DNA of 64,000 nt from Alphaproteobacteria bacterium RIFCSPHIGHO2_02_FULL_46_13 (GTDB lineage Bacteria; Pseudomonadota; Alphaproteobacteria; Micavibrionales; Micavibrionaceae): assembly GCA_001767915.1 (NCBI GenBank), contig MEMI01000027.1, positions 4,227 through 68,226 on the forward strand, written 5' to 3'. Position 1 is the first letter of the stretch. Each line of letters starts with the position of its first letter. Positions 1 to 10,368 of this stretch are shown one piece after another. Both the position numbers and the translations under genes were made by a program. The notes beneath the pieces were generated by a model. It ran no database searches, was not told the origin of the DNA, and was given only the letters and a program-made list of their open reading frames with translations.

Positions 1-615
1 ACAAGGTCTGGTGGAGCAGGTACATCTAAAGAAACCAGCACTGTAGATGTTGCCCAAATTTTAACAGTTTCCAATTCATATCGAACAACCGTTCAAAGAA
101 TGATGGTCGGTCAAGGGATGGATGGTGGTGATATTGTTGCAGTATCACCGTCGGCCTTCGGGGTTGTCTCTGCCCAATTGAATACACAAAATCTCTATCA
201 TCCGACTGGTGGTGCGATGCCGTATCCTATACCTCCGAAAAATTTGATGGATCCCGTTTATGATACAAACGTATGGTCAGTTAATTCGGAGAATGAAGTT
301 AAAAATGTCGGAGCCACAACCGCCATACCTGACATAGATCATGTTGAACTCATTGCCTTTTTACCAGGTTTGAAAAAATCAGTGTGTGAGGCGATTAATG
401 AAAAATTGGGAATTACAGGTGGGATGCCAGTCAGTTATGCCGATGTTACGATGAATGCCAGTTCTGATCCCCCTACATATATGGAGAATGGTGGCGCGGG
501 AGTTATCGGAGGAACAGCCAGTGACAGCCAATTGACAGGAAAGTTAGAGGGATGTTTCCAAGTAAATGGTACTTCGGATTGGTATGCGTTCTATGCCGTG
601 CTTGTCGGTCGATAA
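1..615 (+). CDS. pilin-like secreted protein family, paralog A (5' end cut by window edge)
   Basis: Frame 1 is open from base 1 (TRSGGAGTSKETSTVDVAQ...) into listed ORF 100..615. It aligns along its length with ORFs 4866..5618 and 13126..13926. Shared motifs: QRM, [LV][YF]HPxGG, [VF]C[ED]x[IL][ND]xKL[GA]I, GKxxGC[FY], aromatic C-terminus. Confidence 0.6.
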   Translation, partial: TRSGGAGTSKETSTVDVAQILTVSNSYRTTVQRMMVGQGMDGGDIVAVSPSAFGVVSAQLNTQNLYHPTGGAMPYPIPPKNLMDPVYDTNVWSVNSENEVKNVGATTAIPDIDHVELIAFLPGLKKSVCEAINEKLGITGGMPVSYADVTMNASSDPPTYMENGGAGVIGGTASDSQLTGKLEGCFQVNGTSDWYAFYAVLVGR

Positions 616-623
616 GAGGAACG

Positions 624-1130
624 TCATTTCCGGTAAGTTGGAATAAATCCACATAATTGGGGGCAATATAAATTAAGCGGGGAGGCTTGGTTGCCGGATT
701 GGTTGATTGTTATATGCCCTAAATGGATATTACTTTGCAGATCCCAATGTGCCGTGCTTCCGTCTTTGAAATGGAATTGACCCGAGATATGACAGGGGGA
801 CGTCTCTGCCAGTTTTGCATGAGCATCACTCGCGGTCACAAGATTGGCAGTTTGAAAGAATTTTATAATATCTGGTTCTGTAAGGGCAAGGAAGTCTGCG
901 CAATCTTTCGGATTATAATAGAGATCGTTTTTATCTTCCACACGGTCAAGAATTTTAACTTTCGTGACCTCTGCTAACTTAAAGGGACAAAGTGCGGGTT
1001 CGAATTCTTCTTCCTCCTGTGACGGAGGAACGCAGTTTGAAATAGTGATCTCTTCATTTCCACCTGCCTGTGCGGACTGATAAGTCAGTTCGCACAGGGC
1101 AAGTATGAATAACAGATAAGATCTTTTCAT
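624..1130 (-). CDS. secreted hypothetical protein
   Basis: 168-aa ORF with N-terminal signal peptide MKRSYLLFILALCELTYQSAQA/GG and several Cys. No domain recognised. Confidence 0.6.
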   Translation of the reverse strand: MKRSYLLFILALCELTYQSAQAGGNEEITISNCVPPSQEEEEFEPALCPFKLAEVTKVKILDRVEDKNDLYYNPKDCADFLALTEPDIIKFFQTANLVTASDAHAKLAETSPCHISGQFHFKDGSTAHWDLQSNIHLGHITINQSGNQASPLNLYCPQLCGFIPTYRK

Positions 1131-1136
1131 TTCATT

Positions 1137-3476
1137 TTACTGTCCGAATTTATGCGGGCTGTCTGCGCCGAACACTTGTGCGCCGACAGTTGAGACAGCG
1201 GTCACGTTGACAATACCACGGGTGGTTGCGGCGTTGGTGACGATTTGGGCTGTGTGGCGCATACCCAGAAGGATCGGGCCGATGGGGATACAGTCGGAGA
1301 GGACTTTGACCGCGTTATAGGTGATGTTTGCGGCATCCACATTCGGCATCACCAACAGGTTGGCAGAGCCTTTGAGGGTGGAATTCGGCATAATCATCTT
1401 ACGGATTTCTTCGGACAAGGCCGCGTCTGCGTGCATTTCGCCGTCGATTTCCAGATCAGGTGCGCGGGTTTTAATGTCAAAATACGCATCGCGCATTTTA
1501 AACGCACTCTCGCCACGGTGTGATCCGAAATTGGAGTGGGAAATCAATGCAACTTTCGGAACGATCCCGAATTTGCGCATTTCTTCTGCCGCCAGCAAGG
1601 TCATTTCAGAAATTTGCGCGGCGGTTGGATCAGGGTTCACATGGGTGTCACAAATAAAGATCGGCCCGCGTGTCGGGTGGAGGAGGCATGGCATGGCTGC
1701 CGCGGCTTCAACACCTGCGCGCAAACCAATCACATCGGTGACGGTCATCAAATGGTCACGGTAGGCACCAATGACGCCACAGATCAGGCCGTCGGCCTCA
1801 CCCTTGGCAACCAAGAGTGAACCGATAACGGTGGTATCAGTCCGCACAATGGTTTTCGCGTGGTCTGGGGTCACGCCATTGCGTTCCATGATTTTGTGAT
1901 AGCTCTGCCAATAATCGGTATAGCGTTTATCGGATTCAGGATCGACCAGTTCGAAATCTTTGTCGATTTCCATGCGGAGGCGCATGCGTTTCAAACGTGT
2001 TTCAACAACATGGCGGCGACCGATCAAAATTGGTTTTGCCAATTGCTCATCGACCACGGTTTGCACTGCACGCATCACGCGTTCTTCTTCACCTTCGCAA
2101 TAGACAATCTTTTTCGGATTATCGCGTGCCTTGGCAAACATCGGGCGCATCACCACGTCAGAGCGGTAGAAGAATTGAGTGAGTTTCGCGCGGTATGCAT
2201 CCCAGTCGGTAATCGGGCGGGTTGCAACACCTGTTGCCATCGCGGATTTTGCAACCGCAATCGGCAGTTCGAAAATCAAACGTGGGTCGAATGGTTTCGG
2301 GATCATATAGTTTGGCCCGAATTCTAAATTCTCATCACCATAAATGGCGGCCACTTCGGCGGTGACTTCTTTGCGTGCCAGATCGGCAATCGCGCGGACA
2401 CAGGCCATTTTCATTTCTTCGTTAATCGCCGTTGCACCAACATCCAATGCCCCACGGAAAATGTATGGGAAGCACAAGACGTTATTCACTTGGTTCGAGA
2501 AGTCAGAGCGACCGGTGCAGACGATGGCATCCGGTTTTACCTTAAGCGCTTCGTCAGGCATGATTTCAGGTGTTGGGTTGGCGAGCGCCATGATGAGAGG
2601 AGCATCCGCCATATCGGCAACCATTTCTGGTTTCAATGCGCCAGCGGCAGAGAGCCCCAAGAAAATATTCGCGCCTTTAATCGCGTCCGCCAATGTGCGG
2701 GCGGATGTTTCAACGGCGTAGACTTCCTTCTCAGGATCCATGCCTTCGTTACGGCCTTTATAGACAACGCCCGTGCGGTCACAGACGATAATATTTTCTT
2801 TCGGAAGGCCAAGTTGTACCAGCATATTGAGGCAAGCAATCGCCGCTGCGCCAGCACCTGATGCCACAAGTTTCACATCTTTGAATTCACGACCCGTGAT
2901 TTTCAACCAGTTGAGAATAGCCGCGCCAGAAATAATCGCTGTTCCGTGTTGGTCATCATGGAACACAGGGATTTTCATGCGTTCACGGAGGGTGCGTTCA
3001 ATTTCGAAACATTCAGGGGATTTAATATCCTCAAGGTTGATCCCGCCGAAAGAGGGTTCGAGCGAGGCGATAATTTCGATTAATTTTGCAGGGTCGGTTT
3101 CGTCAATTTCAATGTCAATGGAATCAATGTTGGCGAATTTTTTAAAGAGAACTGATTTCCCTTCCATCACTGGTTTCGATGCCAGTGCACCAATCGCGCC
3201 GAGACCCAGAACAGCCGTCCCGTTGGTAATGACCGCAACCACGTTTCCGCGGGAGGTATAGTCGAGGGCTTTTAAAGGGTCTTTTTCAATCTCTTCACAT
3301 GCAAATGCCACTCCCGGGGAATAGGCCAGCGATAAATCGCGTTGGGTCATCATCGGCTTGGTCGGGACAATCGCAATCTTACCCGGGCGAGGGTACATAT
3401 GGTATTCAAGTGCAGCTTCGCGCAAATTGTCTTTAGGTTTTTCGTCATGTGGAGGTTTGGTGGTCACGATATGCAT
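1137..3476 (-). CDS. maeB: NADP-dependent malic enzyme (malic enzyme domain fused to phosphate-acetyltransferase-like domain)
   Basis: 779-aa ORF. N-terminal malic-enzyme/NAD(P)-binding region (VITNGTAVLGLGAIGALASKPVMEGK, GAGAAAIA) plus a ~330-aa C-terminal PTA-like domain, the typical MaeB architecture. Many antisense shadow ORFs. Confidence 0.95.
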   Translation of the reverse strand: MHIVTTKPPHDEKPKDNLREAALEYHMYPRPGKIAIVPTKPMMTQRDLSLAYSPGVAFACEEIEKDPLKALDYTSRGNVVAVITNGTAVLGLGAIGALASKPVMEGKSVLFKKFANIDSIDIEIDETDPAKLIEIIASLEPSFGGINLEDIKSPECFEIERTLRERMKIPVFHDDQHGTAIISGAAILNWLKITGREFKDVKLVASGAGAAAIACLNMLVQLGLPKENIIVCDRTGVVYKGRNEGMDPEKEVYAVETSARTLADAIKGANIFLGLSAAGALKPEMVADMADAPLIMALANPTPEIMPDEALKVKPDAIVCTGRSDFSNQVNNVLCFPYIFRGALDVGATAINEEMKMACVRAIADLARKEVTAEVAAIYGDENLEFGPNYMIPKPFDPRLIFELPIAVAKSAMATGVATRPITDWDAYRAKLTQFFYRSDVVMRPMFAKARDNPKKIVYCEGEEERVMRAVQTVVDEQLAKPILIGRRHVVETRLKRMRLRMEIDKDFELVDPESDKRYTDYWQSYHKIMERNGVTPDHAKTIVRTDTTVIGSLLVAKGEADGLICGVIGAYRDHLMTVTDVIGLRAGVEAAAAMPCLLHPTRGPIFICDTHVNPDPTAAQISEMTLLAAEEMRKFGIVPKVALISHSNFGSHRGESAFKMRDAYFDIKTRAPDLEIDGEMHADAALSEEIRKMIMPNSTLKGSANLLVMPNVDAANITYNAVKVLSDCIPIGPILLGMRHTAQIVTNAATTRGIVNVTAVSTVGAQVFGADSPHKFGQ

Positions 3477-3611
3477 TCCTTGAAAGATTCGGTCATTTAA
3501 TTGAATGCGCCTAAATGACCAGAGAAATAACAGTTTTTCAAGGGGTTATTGTGATGTTGTGCAGCAAATAATATGCGATATGTAAGGGGAATTTAAAAGA
3601 TTAAGAGCAGA

Positions 3612-3696
3612 TGGTGCGGCCAAGAATACTCGAACTTCCATGGGTTGCCCCACAACGACCTCAACGTTGCGCGTCTACCAGTTTCGCCATGGCCGC
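3612..3696 (-). tRNA. tRNA-Leu (anticodon GAG)
   Basis: Reverse complement is GCGGCCATGGCGAAACTGGTAGACGCGCAACGTTGAGGTCGTTGTGGGGCAACCCATGGAAGTTCGAGTATTCTTGGCCGCACCA. It has a 7-bp acceptor stem, long variable arm, anticodon loop TTGAGGT and encoded CCA. The T-stem has an unusual G53:A61 mismatch and a G:U pair. Confidence 0.78.
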
Positions 3697-3780
3697 ACTC
3701 TTTAGATTACTGCTTAAAAACGAGGTGAGAGGTGATTATCAGATTGAAACAAGCTATGCAAGTATAAATTAATACTTATT

Positions 3781-4179
3781 TCAAAGAGGGCCATCGTCCA
3801 AGACGGTAATAATAGGTAAAAGCCCTTGATTATTCAGGTCTGTTAATCTTTGAAACTCTTTCGCAGTTTCATAATTTAAGGCGATTTCATGGCAATATTG
3901 CAGAATTGCCATCCGATCGTTGATCGTAAGCAAATGGTCAACAACAGGGCTTTGCCTTGCCATGGATGTTTTATTTAAAAGAAGCTTATCGGGCTGTGTT
4001 TCACCATTGAGTGAGAATTCAATCAAAAAAGCAGTGCCTTCGGTGACACCTTGCAGGCTCACGATATTAAAAACCTGTCCGTTGCTTAAAGGTAGATCCA
4101 TAGCGGGGGTAATGTTTGTAATTTGATCACCATTTGCGGCGCTTGAAAAAGATTTTATATGTGTTGTTTTAGCTGTCAT
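3781..4179 (-). CDS. hypothetical protein
   Basis: ORF 3781..4230. The internal ATG at 4179 is preceded by GGGAG with a 6-nt spacer, so I take it as the start (MTAKTTHIKS...). No domain recognised. Confidence 0.5.
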   Translation of the reverse strand: MTAKTTHIKSFSSAANGDQITNITPAMDLPLSNGQVFNIVSLQGVTEGTAFLIEFSLNGETQPDKLLLNKTSMARQSPVVDHLLTINDRMAILQYCHEIALNYETAKEFQRLTDLNNQGLLPIITVLDDGPL

Positions 4180-4288
4180 TTTTGACTCCCTATTTTCTAT
4201 ATAAATATAGGGAATTCCAAATTCTAGCAATGGATTATCTATTCAAAATAGCCTTGATGCTGCCTTTGACACCATATAAAGGTAGTTT

Positions 4289-4912
4289 ATGCAATTTATC
4301 ACCCAACCCACCCCTGTTGATTACGAAACCGCCGTTTCCGAGATGGAGCGGCGAGTGGCGGGGATTCGGGATGGGACGATGGACGAGGCGGTTTGGTTGT
4401 TGGAGCATCCGCCGCTTTATACGGCGGGGACATCTGCCAAGGCGGCAGACCTTTTGAATCCGCGTTTTCCGGTGTTTCAGACGGGACGGGGCGGGGAATA
4501 TACCTATCATGGCCCCGGGCAACGCGTGGCTTATGTCATGCTTGACCTAAAAAAACGCCAAAGTGAGCCGGATATTAAAAAATATGTCTGGCAGTTAGAA
4601 GAATGGGTCATTCAAACCCTTGCCGAAATCGGGATTAAGGGCGAGCGTCGGGACGGGCGGGTTGGGATTTGGGTGGTTCAGGGAAACACCGAAAATAAAA
4701 TCGCTGCCGTCGGTGTGCGGGTGCGGCATTGGGTCACCTATCATGGCCTCTCGATTAATGTAAATCCTGACCTATCTCATTTCTCGGGCATTGTGCCATG
4801 CGGAATTAAAGAATTCGGGGTTACGAAGATGACTGATCTGTGTTCAGATATAACCATGGAAAAAATTGATTCCATTTTATGTTCCAAATTTGGGGGCGTT
4901 TTTGAAAAATAG
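4289..4912 (+). CDS. lipB: octanoyltransferase (lipoate-protein ligase B)
   Basis: 207-aa ORF with LipB hallmarks: [36 protein letters not shown]. Confidence 0.93.
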   Translation: MQFITQPTPVDYETAVSEMERRVAGIRDGTMDEAVWLLEHPPLYTAGTSAKAADLLNPRFPVFQTGRGGEYTYHGPGQRVAYVMLDLKKRQSEPDIKKYVWQLEEWVIQTLAEIGIKGERRDGRVGIWVVQGNTENKIAAVGVRVRHWVTYHGLSINVNPDLSHFSGIVPCGIKEFGVTKMTDLCSDITMEKIDSILCSKFGGVFEK

Positions 4913-5618
4913 TTCTGGCAATATCCTGTTTCTGATTTTAATTGCAGTGGCATTATTTGCGACGCTTGGTTATGCCGTGACTCAATCCATGCGCAGTGGG
5001 GGGAATAACACCACACAAGAAACATCAACCATCAATGCGGCAGTTTTGAGCCAGTATACAGCCTCGCTTCGCTCAGCCATTCAGCGCATGACCACGGATA
5101 ACCATGATATAAGAACTCTTGAGTTTAACAGGACTGAAGATTTTGCAACTTTGACATCGCCGGACGTAGGAGTTTTTCATCCGTCTGGCGGAGCCGTCAT
5201 TTATCAAAACGCCCCATTTGCCTTGCTGGATACCCAAAGTGGCAACTCCACAGGAAAATGGGTTTTCACCATGAATTTCGAGGTAAAAGACATTGGCACT
5301 GACAGCGCGAGCAGTCTGGATGGAAATGACTTAATCGCCTTTATGGTTGGGGTTCGGAAAGAGGTTTGCGAACAGTTGGATAAAAAACTGGCGATCCCAA
5401 CCAACCCAATTCCTAAAATCACCAGTCTGACTTATTCAAGCGATATGATCACCAATATCAACACCTATGACATGGATAATAATTATGTTTCTCCGACATC
5501 TGAATCTGTGATTGGCGCTGGGGCGGACGATGCGGCATTGGCAGGGAAATCCGAAGGGTGTTATTATGAGGCAACGGACAATACTTACGTTTATTACGGT
5601 GTTATTTCCGAGCGTTAA
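4866..5618 (+). CDS. pilin-like secreted protein family, paralog B
   Basis: 250-aa ORF with an N-terminal hydrophobic helix ([20 protein letters not shown]). It shares family motifs with 1..615 and 13126..13926. The ATG start overlaps lipB by 47 nt; an in-frame TTG at 4890 is an alternative. Confidence 0.7.
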   Translation: MIPFYVPNLGAFLKNSSGNILFLILIAVALFATLGYAVTQSMRSGGNNTTQETSTINAAVLSQYTASLRSAIQRMTTDNHDIRTLEFNRTEDFATLTSPDVGVFHPSGGAVIYQNAPFALLDTQSGNSTGKWVFTMNFEVKDIGTDSASSLDGNDLIAFMVGVRKEVCEQLDKKLAIPTNPIPKITSLTYSSDMITNINTYDMDNNYVSPTSESVIGAGADDAALAGKSEGCYYEATDNTYVYYGVISER

Positions 5619-6462
5619 ATTTGCCAATTGAAGCCATGAGTTTTTCTAAATCGGTTGCAAGGCGGTTGAAATTTTTATTTTTCTCGCCTGTTACTTCATC
5701 CTGAAATAATGCGCGGTTGATTTCCATTTGCAAACTATGTCGTCCCCATGCGGGTTGTCCGTAACGGTTGATAATTTCTGCGCCTTTATAAAGCTGGTTG
5801 ATGACCACGCGGTAGCCCATGTCTTTGAGGGTCTCAACAATATGCGTTCTAAATTCAATGCCGCAACTGCGCCCGTCCAGATCCCCCAGAATAAAATCAG
5901 GTTGTAATTGCGGGAAGCTGTTCGCCACAACGTTCGACGGCATGGAATGGCAATTCAGATGATAGATCATGCCGAATTGTTCAAAAAGTGCGTTCGAGAA
6001 ATGCCCCAATAAAGTGTGATAAGCGGTGTAATAGTTGGTAATCCTTAACCGTGTTTCATCATGGGTGAGGGAGCGGGAATAAATCGGTTCCCCCGCACGG
6101 ATTAAACGCATCAGGACACCATGTCCGTGAACGGAGCGCCCTTTATCGGATGTTCCGTCAAGCCATGGTGTATCAAACAGTAATTGGTCGATATCGTCTG
6201 CCGTACGGTTGGTATCGACATAAGTGCGGGGGAAATTGGCTTTCACCACCACTCCGCCGATAGCGGTGGTCGGGGTGGTGAATAATTCATCCAGAAAGCG
6301 CTCTTCACATAATTCAAGGGCGTGTTTGGGGCAGGAAAAGCCGAAATTATCGGGGTATATTCTGCCGCTATGGGGCAGATCAACCAACACGGGGGCGGCT
6401 ATGCCATTGTTGCCAATGGTATATTCACAAATATTCGGGTCGGATGATGGCGGGATTTTCAT
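5602..6462 (-). CDS. N-formylglutamate amidohydrolase family protein
   Basis: 286-aa ORF resembling the FGase/HutG family (LVDLPHSGR, NCHSMPS). It overlaps the 3' end of 4866..5618 by 17 nt in convergent orientation. Confidence 0.8.
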   Translation of the reverse strand: MKIPPSSDPNICEYTIGNNGIAAPVLVDLPHSGRIYPDNFGFSCPKHALELCEERFLDELFTTPTTAIGGVVVKANFPRTYVDTNRTADDIDQLLFDTPWLDGTSDKGRSVHGHGVLMRLIRAGEPIYSRSLTHDETRLRITNYYTAYHTLLGHFSNALFEQFGMIYHLNCHSMPSNVVANSFPQLQPDFILGDLDGRSCGIEFRTHIVETLKDMGYRVVINQLYKGAEIINRYGQPAWGRHSLQMEINRALFQDEVTGEKNKNFNRLATDLEKLMASIGKFNARK

Positions 6463-6533
6463 TGTGGTAACTTGTTTCTCTTGATTATTTTATATAAGGT
6501 GCAGAACAATATTACATTACAGGAATTCAAGTT

Positions 6534-7814
6534 ATGCACGATATAAAAGCCCTTCGCGATAATCCAGCCGCTTTTGACGCCAATTGGGCGCGCCGTGGGT
6601 TGCCTCCGCAAACCCCCGCTATTTTAGAACTCGACGAAAAACTTCGTAAGTTGCAAACTGAGCTGCAAACTGCACAATCCCGCCGTAACGAAGCATCCAA
6701 GGAAATCGGTGCGGTGAAGTCGAAGGGTGGTGATGCGGCTGAATTAATGGCCGAAGTTGCCAATCTGAAAGACCGTATGGCGATTTTGGAAGAGCAAGAG
6801 CGCGAAGTTGCCGAAAAACTGAACGAAATTCTATCCGCTTTGCCAAACATGATTGCGGGTGATGTGCCGGACGGGGCAGATGAAAATGATAATGTCGAAA
6901 TCCGCACCTTCGGCACACCTAAAAACCCGAATACCGAAGTGCCTGACCATGTGGCGATTGGGGAAGCTTTGGGATTGATGGATTTCGAGGGCGCAGCGAA
7001 AGTTGCGGGGGCGAGATTTTCTGTTAACAAAGGCGGTATCGCGAAACTGCACCGCGCGCTGGGTCAATTGATGCTCGATACCCATACGATGGAGCATGGC
7101 TATACCGAGATTGATCCGCCTTTATTGGTGAGTACCGATGTGATGTATGGCACGACCCAACTCCCGAAATTTCGTGATGACCAGTTCGAGACAACGGACG
7201 GTCGGTGGTTGATTCCAACGGCAGAAGTTGTGTTGACCAACCTTGTGCGCGACGAAATTCTGGAAGGGTTGGAAACACCTATCCGCATGACTGCCATGAC
7301 TCCGTCCTTCAGGAAAGAGGCGGGTTCTGCGGGGAAAGACACACGCGGTATTATTCGCCAGCACCAATTTTATAAAGTCGAAATGGTGAGCATTACCCGT
7401 CCAGAGGATTCAGAGGCCGAACATCTCAGGATGCTCAACTGCGCCGAAAATATTTTGAAAAAACTGGAACTGCCGTTCCGTACCATTGTGCTATGTTCGG
7501 GCGATATGGGGTTTGCATCGCGCAAAACATACGACATCGAAGTATGGATTCCGTCCCAACAAAAATTCCGCGAAATTTCAAGCTGTTCAAACTGCGGCGA
7601 TATTCAATCCCGCCGTATGAAAGCCCGTTTCAAACGCGCTGGGGCAAAGGATACCGAATTCGTTCATACCTTGAACGGTTCCGGCCTCGCAGTTGGTCGG
7701 ACATTGGTGGCGGTCATGGAAAATTATTATGATCCTGCTGATGGCGGCATCTTCGTCCCTAAAGCTTTGCTCCCTTACATGGGTGGCGTGACGAAGATTG
7801 TGAAGGCGGCCTAA
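6534..7814 (+). CDS. serS: seryl-tRNA synthetase
   Basis: 426-aa ORF with an N-terminal coiled-coil arm and a class II core ([38 protein letters not shown]). Confidence 0.97.
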   Translation: MHDIKALRDNPAAFDANWARRGLPPQTPAILELDEKLRKLQTELQTAQSRRNEASKEIGAVKSKGGDAAELMAEVANLKDRMAILEEQEREVAEKLNEILSALPNMIAGDVPDGADENDNVEIRTFGTPKNPNTEVPDHVAIGEALGLMDFEGAAKVAGARFSVNKGGIAKLHRALGQLMLDTHTMEHGYTEIDPPLLVSTDVMYGTTQLPKFRDDQFETTDGRWLIPTAEVVLTNLVRDEILEGLETPIRMTAMTPSFRKEAGSAGKDTRGIIRQHQFYKVEMVSITRPEDSEAEHLRMLNCAENILKKLELPFRTIVLCSGDMGFASRKTYDIEVWIPSQQKFREISSCSNCGDIQSRRMKARFKRAGAKDTEFVHTLNGSGLAVGRTLVAVMENYYDPADGGIFVPKALLPYMGGVTKIVKAA

Positions 7815-8590
7815 TGCCACTTTATACCTTGAAACCAATGTCTGAGGCTCGGGTATTGATCGTCAATGATGACGGGATTGATGCGCGGGGGATTAAGGCT
7901 TTGGAAGAGGTGGCGCTGGGCATCTTTGCCGATGTGACGGTTGTCGCGCCGCTCCATGAGCATTCGGGTATGGGGCATGCCATATCGTATAAAAAGAATT
8001 TCAAAATTCATAAACGGGACGACACGCATTATGCTGTCGAAGGTACGCCCGCCGATTGCACCATTGTTGGGCTTAATCTGGTGATGAAAGATAATCCGCC
8101 TGATATTGTTCTTTCTGGTATCAATCATGGTGATAATGCGGGCAATGCCATTTTATATTCGGGGACTTTTGGTGGTGCGTTAGAGGCGGGGTTGGCAGGT
8201 ATTCCAGCCATATCATTCAGCCAGTTGCGCCAGCCGGATGGTCACACGGATTTTACCATTGCCAAAAAATATTTGCCGCAGGTATTGGGCTTTTTGCAAG
8301 TTGCGCCATGGCCAGATCATGTGGTGATGAATGTCAATTTTCCACCTGTTGACAACCACATTCATCATCATCCGCATCATGTGCCATCTAAATCCCATCA
8401 TCTTGTTGATGGGGTCGATGTCGAAGAGCAAGATCAGGGTGCGCAGCAATTAAGGCTGCGCCTTAAAAACAAAATTTTTGAAACGGGTCACGAACATGAT
8501 TTAAGCGTTCTCTCCCGCGGCGGCGTCACCATCACCCCCGTTACCACCAACTGGACATGTCACGAGACGTTGAAACTATGGACAACCTAA
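7814..8590 (+). CDS. surE: 5'/3'-nucleotidase SurE
   Basis: 258-aa ORF with the SurE N-terminus (VLIVNDDGIDARGI, GTPADC, SGINHG.N, YSGT). It contains an unusual His-rich insert, DNHIHHHPHHVPSKSHH. Confidence 0.9.
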   Translation: MPLYTLKPMSEARVLIVNDDGIDARGIKALEEVALGIFADVTVVAPLHEHSGMGHAISYKKNFKIHKRDDTHYAVEGTPADCTIVGLNLVMKDNPPDIVLSGINHGDNAGNAILYSGTFGGALEAGLAGIPAISFSQLRQPDGHTDFTIAKKYLPQVLGFLQVAPWPDHVVMNVNFPPVDNHIHHHPHHVPSKSHHLVDGVDVEEQDQGAQQLRLRLKNKIFETGHEHDLSVLSRGGVTITPVTTNWTCHETLKLWTT

Positions 8591-10362
8591 ACAAAAAACC
8601 AAAAACCAAATCGGCCTATTCCATCATGGTGCCTTTGGTGAAGCGATATATGAAGCCTTATGTGGGGCAGCTTTGTCTTGCGATGTTATTTATGTTGGTG
8701 GCGGCGGGGGCAACGGCTTTGTTTGCCAAGTTGTTACAGCCTGTGTTGGATAAGGCGATGATTGGGGTTCAGAATGATCCGGCCTCTGTGCATGTCATTC
8801 TTCCTTTGGGGGCAATGATTTTTCTGTCTTTTGCGGTGCGTGGAATTGCAACCTATTTACAATCCATCAAAATGAATAAGATCAGTCAATCAATTGTGGC
8901 TGATATTCAAAAGGATGTGTTTTCACATTTTATGACGCTCGATTTAAAATTCTTTCATAAATATCCAAGTGGTGAATTAGTGTCGCGCGTCACCAACGAT
9001 GTGAACGTGATGCGTAGCGCGGTTGTGGATTCCCTGACGGGGGTGGGGAGCAATGTTCTGACCCTTGTATTCTTATTGGTTGTGATGGTGATGCAGGATT
9101 GGCGTTTATCACTGATCGCCCTCACTATATTTCCATTGGCATCAGGCCTTGTTGCGTATCTGGGGCGCAGGTTGCGTAAAGTGTCAAAATCCATTCAGGG
9201 CGAGACTGCAAACCTCATGGGTGTGTTAGGCCAAATTTTCCAAGGCATTCGCCAAGTCCAAGCATACGGCATGGAAGAGCGCGAAAAAGAACGCGCGGGC
9301 AATGCTGTTCTGTCTGTGCGTCATTTAAACATTAAAGCGGCGCGGATCAGCAATCTGTCGACACCGATCAATGAAACTTTGGTCGGTGCGGTGGTGTTTG
9401 GTGTGATTGTTTATGGCGGGTATCGTATTGCCGAAGGGCAACTGACCCCCGGGGGATTAATGTCCTTCATCGCGGCCTTTGCATTGGCGTATGAACCGAT
9501 GAAGAAATTGGCGAAACTCAATAGCTCTCTTCAACTGGGCTTGGGGGCGGCGGAACGTGTGCAGGATATGATGTCCCAGCAGGCTGGCATCACTGATAAA
9601 GCGGACGCAAAGGAATTAGATTCAACCATTCCGAATATTCGTCTGCAGAATGTTGAATTTTCTTATGACGGTACGGATGAGACAAAAGCATTGAACAATG
9701 TGTCATTGGATATTGCCGCGGGGAAAGTCACGGCTCTGGTCGGGGCGTCGGGGTCGGGTAAGACAACTATTCTCTCGCTCCTTCTGCGGTTTTATGACCC
9801 GCAATCGGGGACGGTGACGATTGATGGAACGGATATTCGTGACCTGAGTATCTCCAGTTTACGTCGTCATATTGCTCTTGTCTCACAGGATATTACGATT
9901 TTCGATGATACGGTTGCGGGCAATATTGCCTATGGCCTTCCGAACGCCACACCTGAACAAATCCGCGATGCTGCGCGCGCCGCCGCCGCCGAAGATTTTA
10001 TTTTAAAAATGCCGAATGGGTTTGATACCGAAGTCGGTGAAAACGGCGTGCGACTTTCAGGCGGGCAACGTCAACGTATATCCCTTGCTCGTGCCATCCT
10101 CCGTGATGCCCCGATTTTATTTCTGGATGAGGCCACATCCGCACTCGACAACGAATCCGAACGCATCATTCAACAGACATTAGACACCCTTCAAAAAGGC
10201 CGCACAACCTTGGTCATCGCACACCGCCTCTCCACCATCCAACATGCCGATAAAATCATCGTGATGGATAAGGGGCAGGTGGTTGAAGAAGGAACCCATG
10301 CTGACCTCTTACCAAAAGGCGGCGCCTACACCCGCATGCATAATGCGGCAGTTGTGGGGTAG
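8557..10362 (+). CDS. ABC transporter permease/ATP-binding protein (MsbA-like exporter)
   Basis: 601-aa ORF with a 6-TM exporter domain, Walker A GASGSGKTT, signature LSGGQRQR and Walker B ILFLDEATSALD. The start could instead be the ATG at 8578. Confidence 0.9.
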   Translation: MSRDVETMDNLNKKPKTKSAYSIMVPLVKRYMKPYVGQLCLAMLFMLVAAGATALFAKLLQPVLDKAMIGVQNDPASVHVILPLGAMIFLSFAVRGIATYLQSIKMNKISQSIVADIQKDVFSHFMTLDLKFFHKYPSGELVSRVTNDVNVMRSAVVDSLTGVGSNVLTLVFLLVVMVMQDWRLSLIALTIFPLASGLVAYLGRRLRKVSKSIQGETANLMGVLGQIFQGIRQVQAYGMEEREKERAGNAVLSVRHLNIKAARISNLSTPINETLVGAVVFGVIVYGGYRIAEGQLTPGGLMSFIAAFALAYEPMKKLAKLNSSLQLGLGAAERVQDMMSQQAGITDKADAKELDSTIPNIRLQNVEFSYDGTDETKALNNVSLDIAAGKVTALVGASGSGKTTILSLLLRFYDPQSGTVTIDGTDIRDLSISSLRRHIALVSQDITIFDDTVAGNIAYGLPNATPEQIRDAARAAAAEDFILKMPNGFDTEVGENGVRLSGGQRQRISLARAILRDAPILFLDEATSALDNESERIIQQTLDTLQKGRTTLVIAHRLSTIQHADKIIVMDKGQVVEEGTHADLLPKGGAYTRMHNAAVVG

Positions 10363-10368
10363 GGTAGG

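Noticed and set aside
1245-3261. A series of plus-strand ORFs (92-162 aa) inside the maeB region.
   Set aside because: All lie antisense to a full-length, well-conserved malic enzyme ORF. Their low-complexity, Arg/Ala-rich translations are typical shadow frames.
6527-7367. Minus-strand ORFs of 80-167 aa overlapping serS.
   Set aside because: They are antisense shadows of a confidently identified aaRS gene and contain no motifs.
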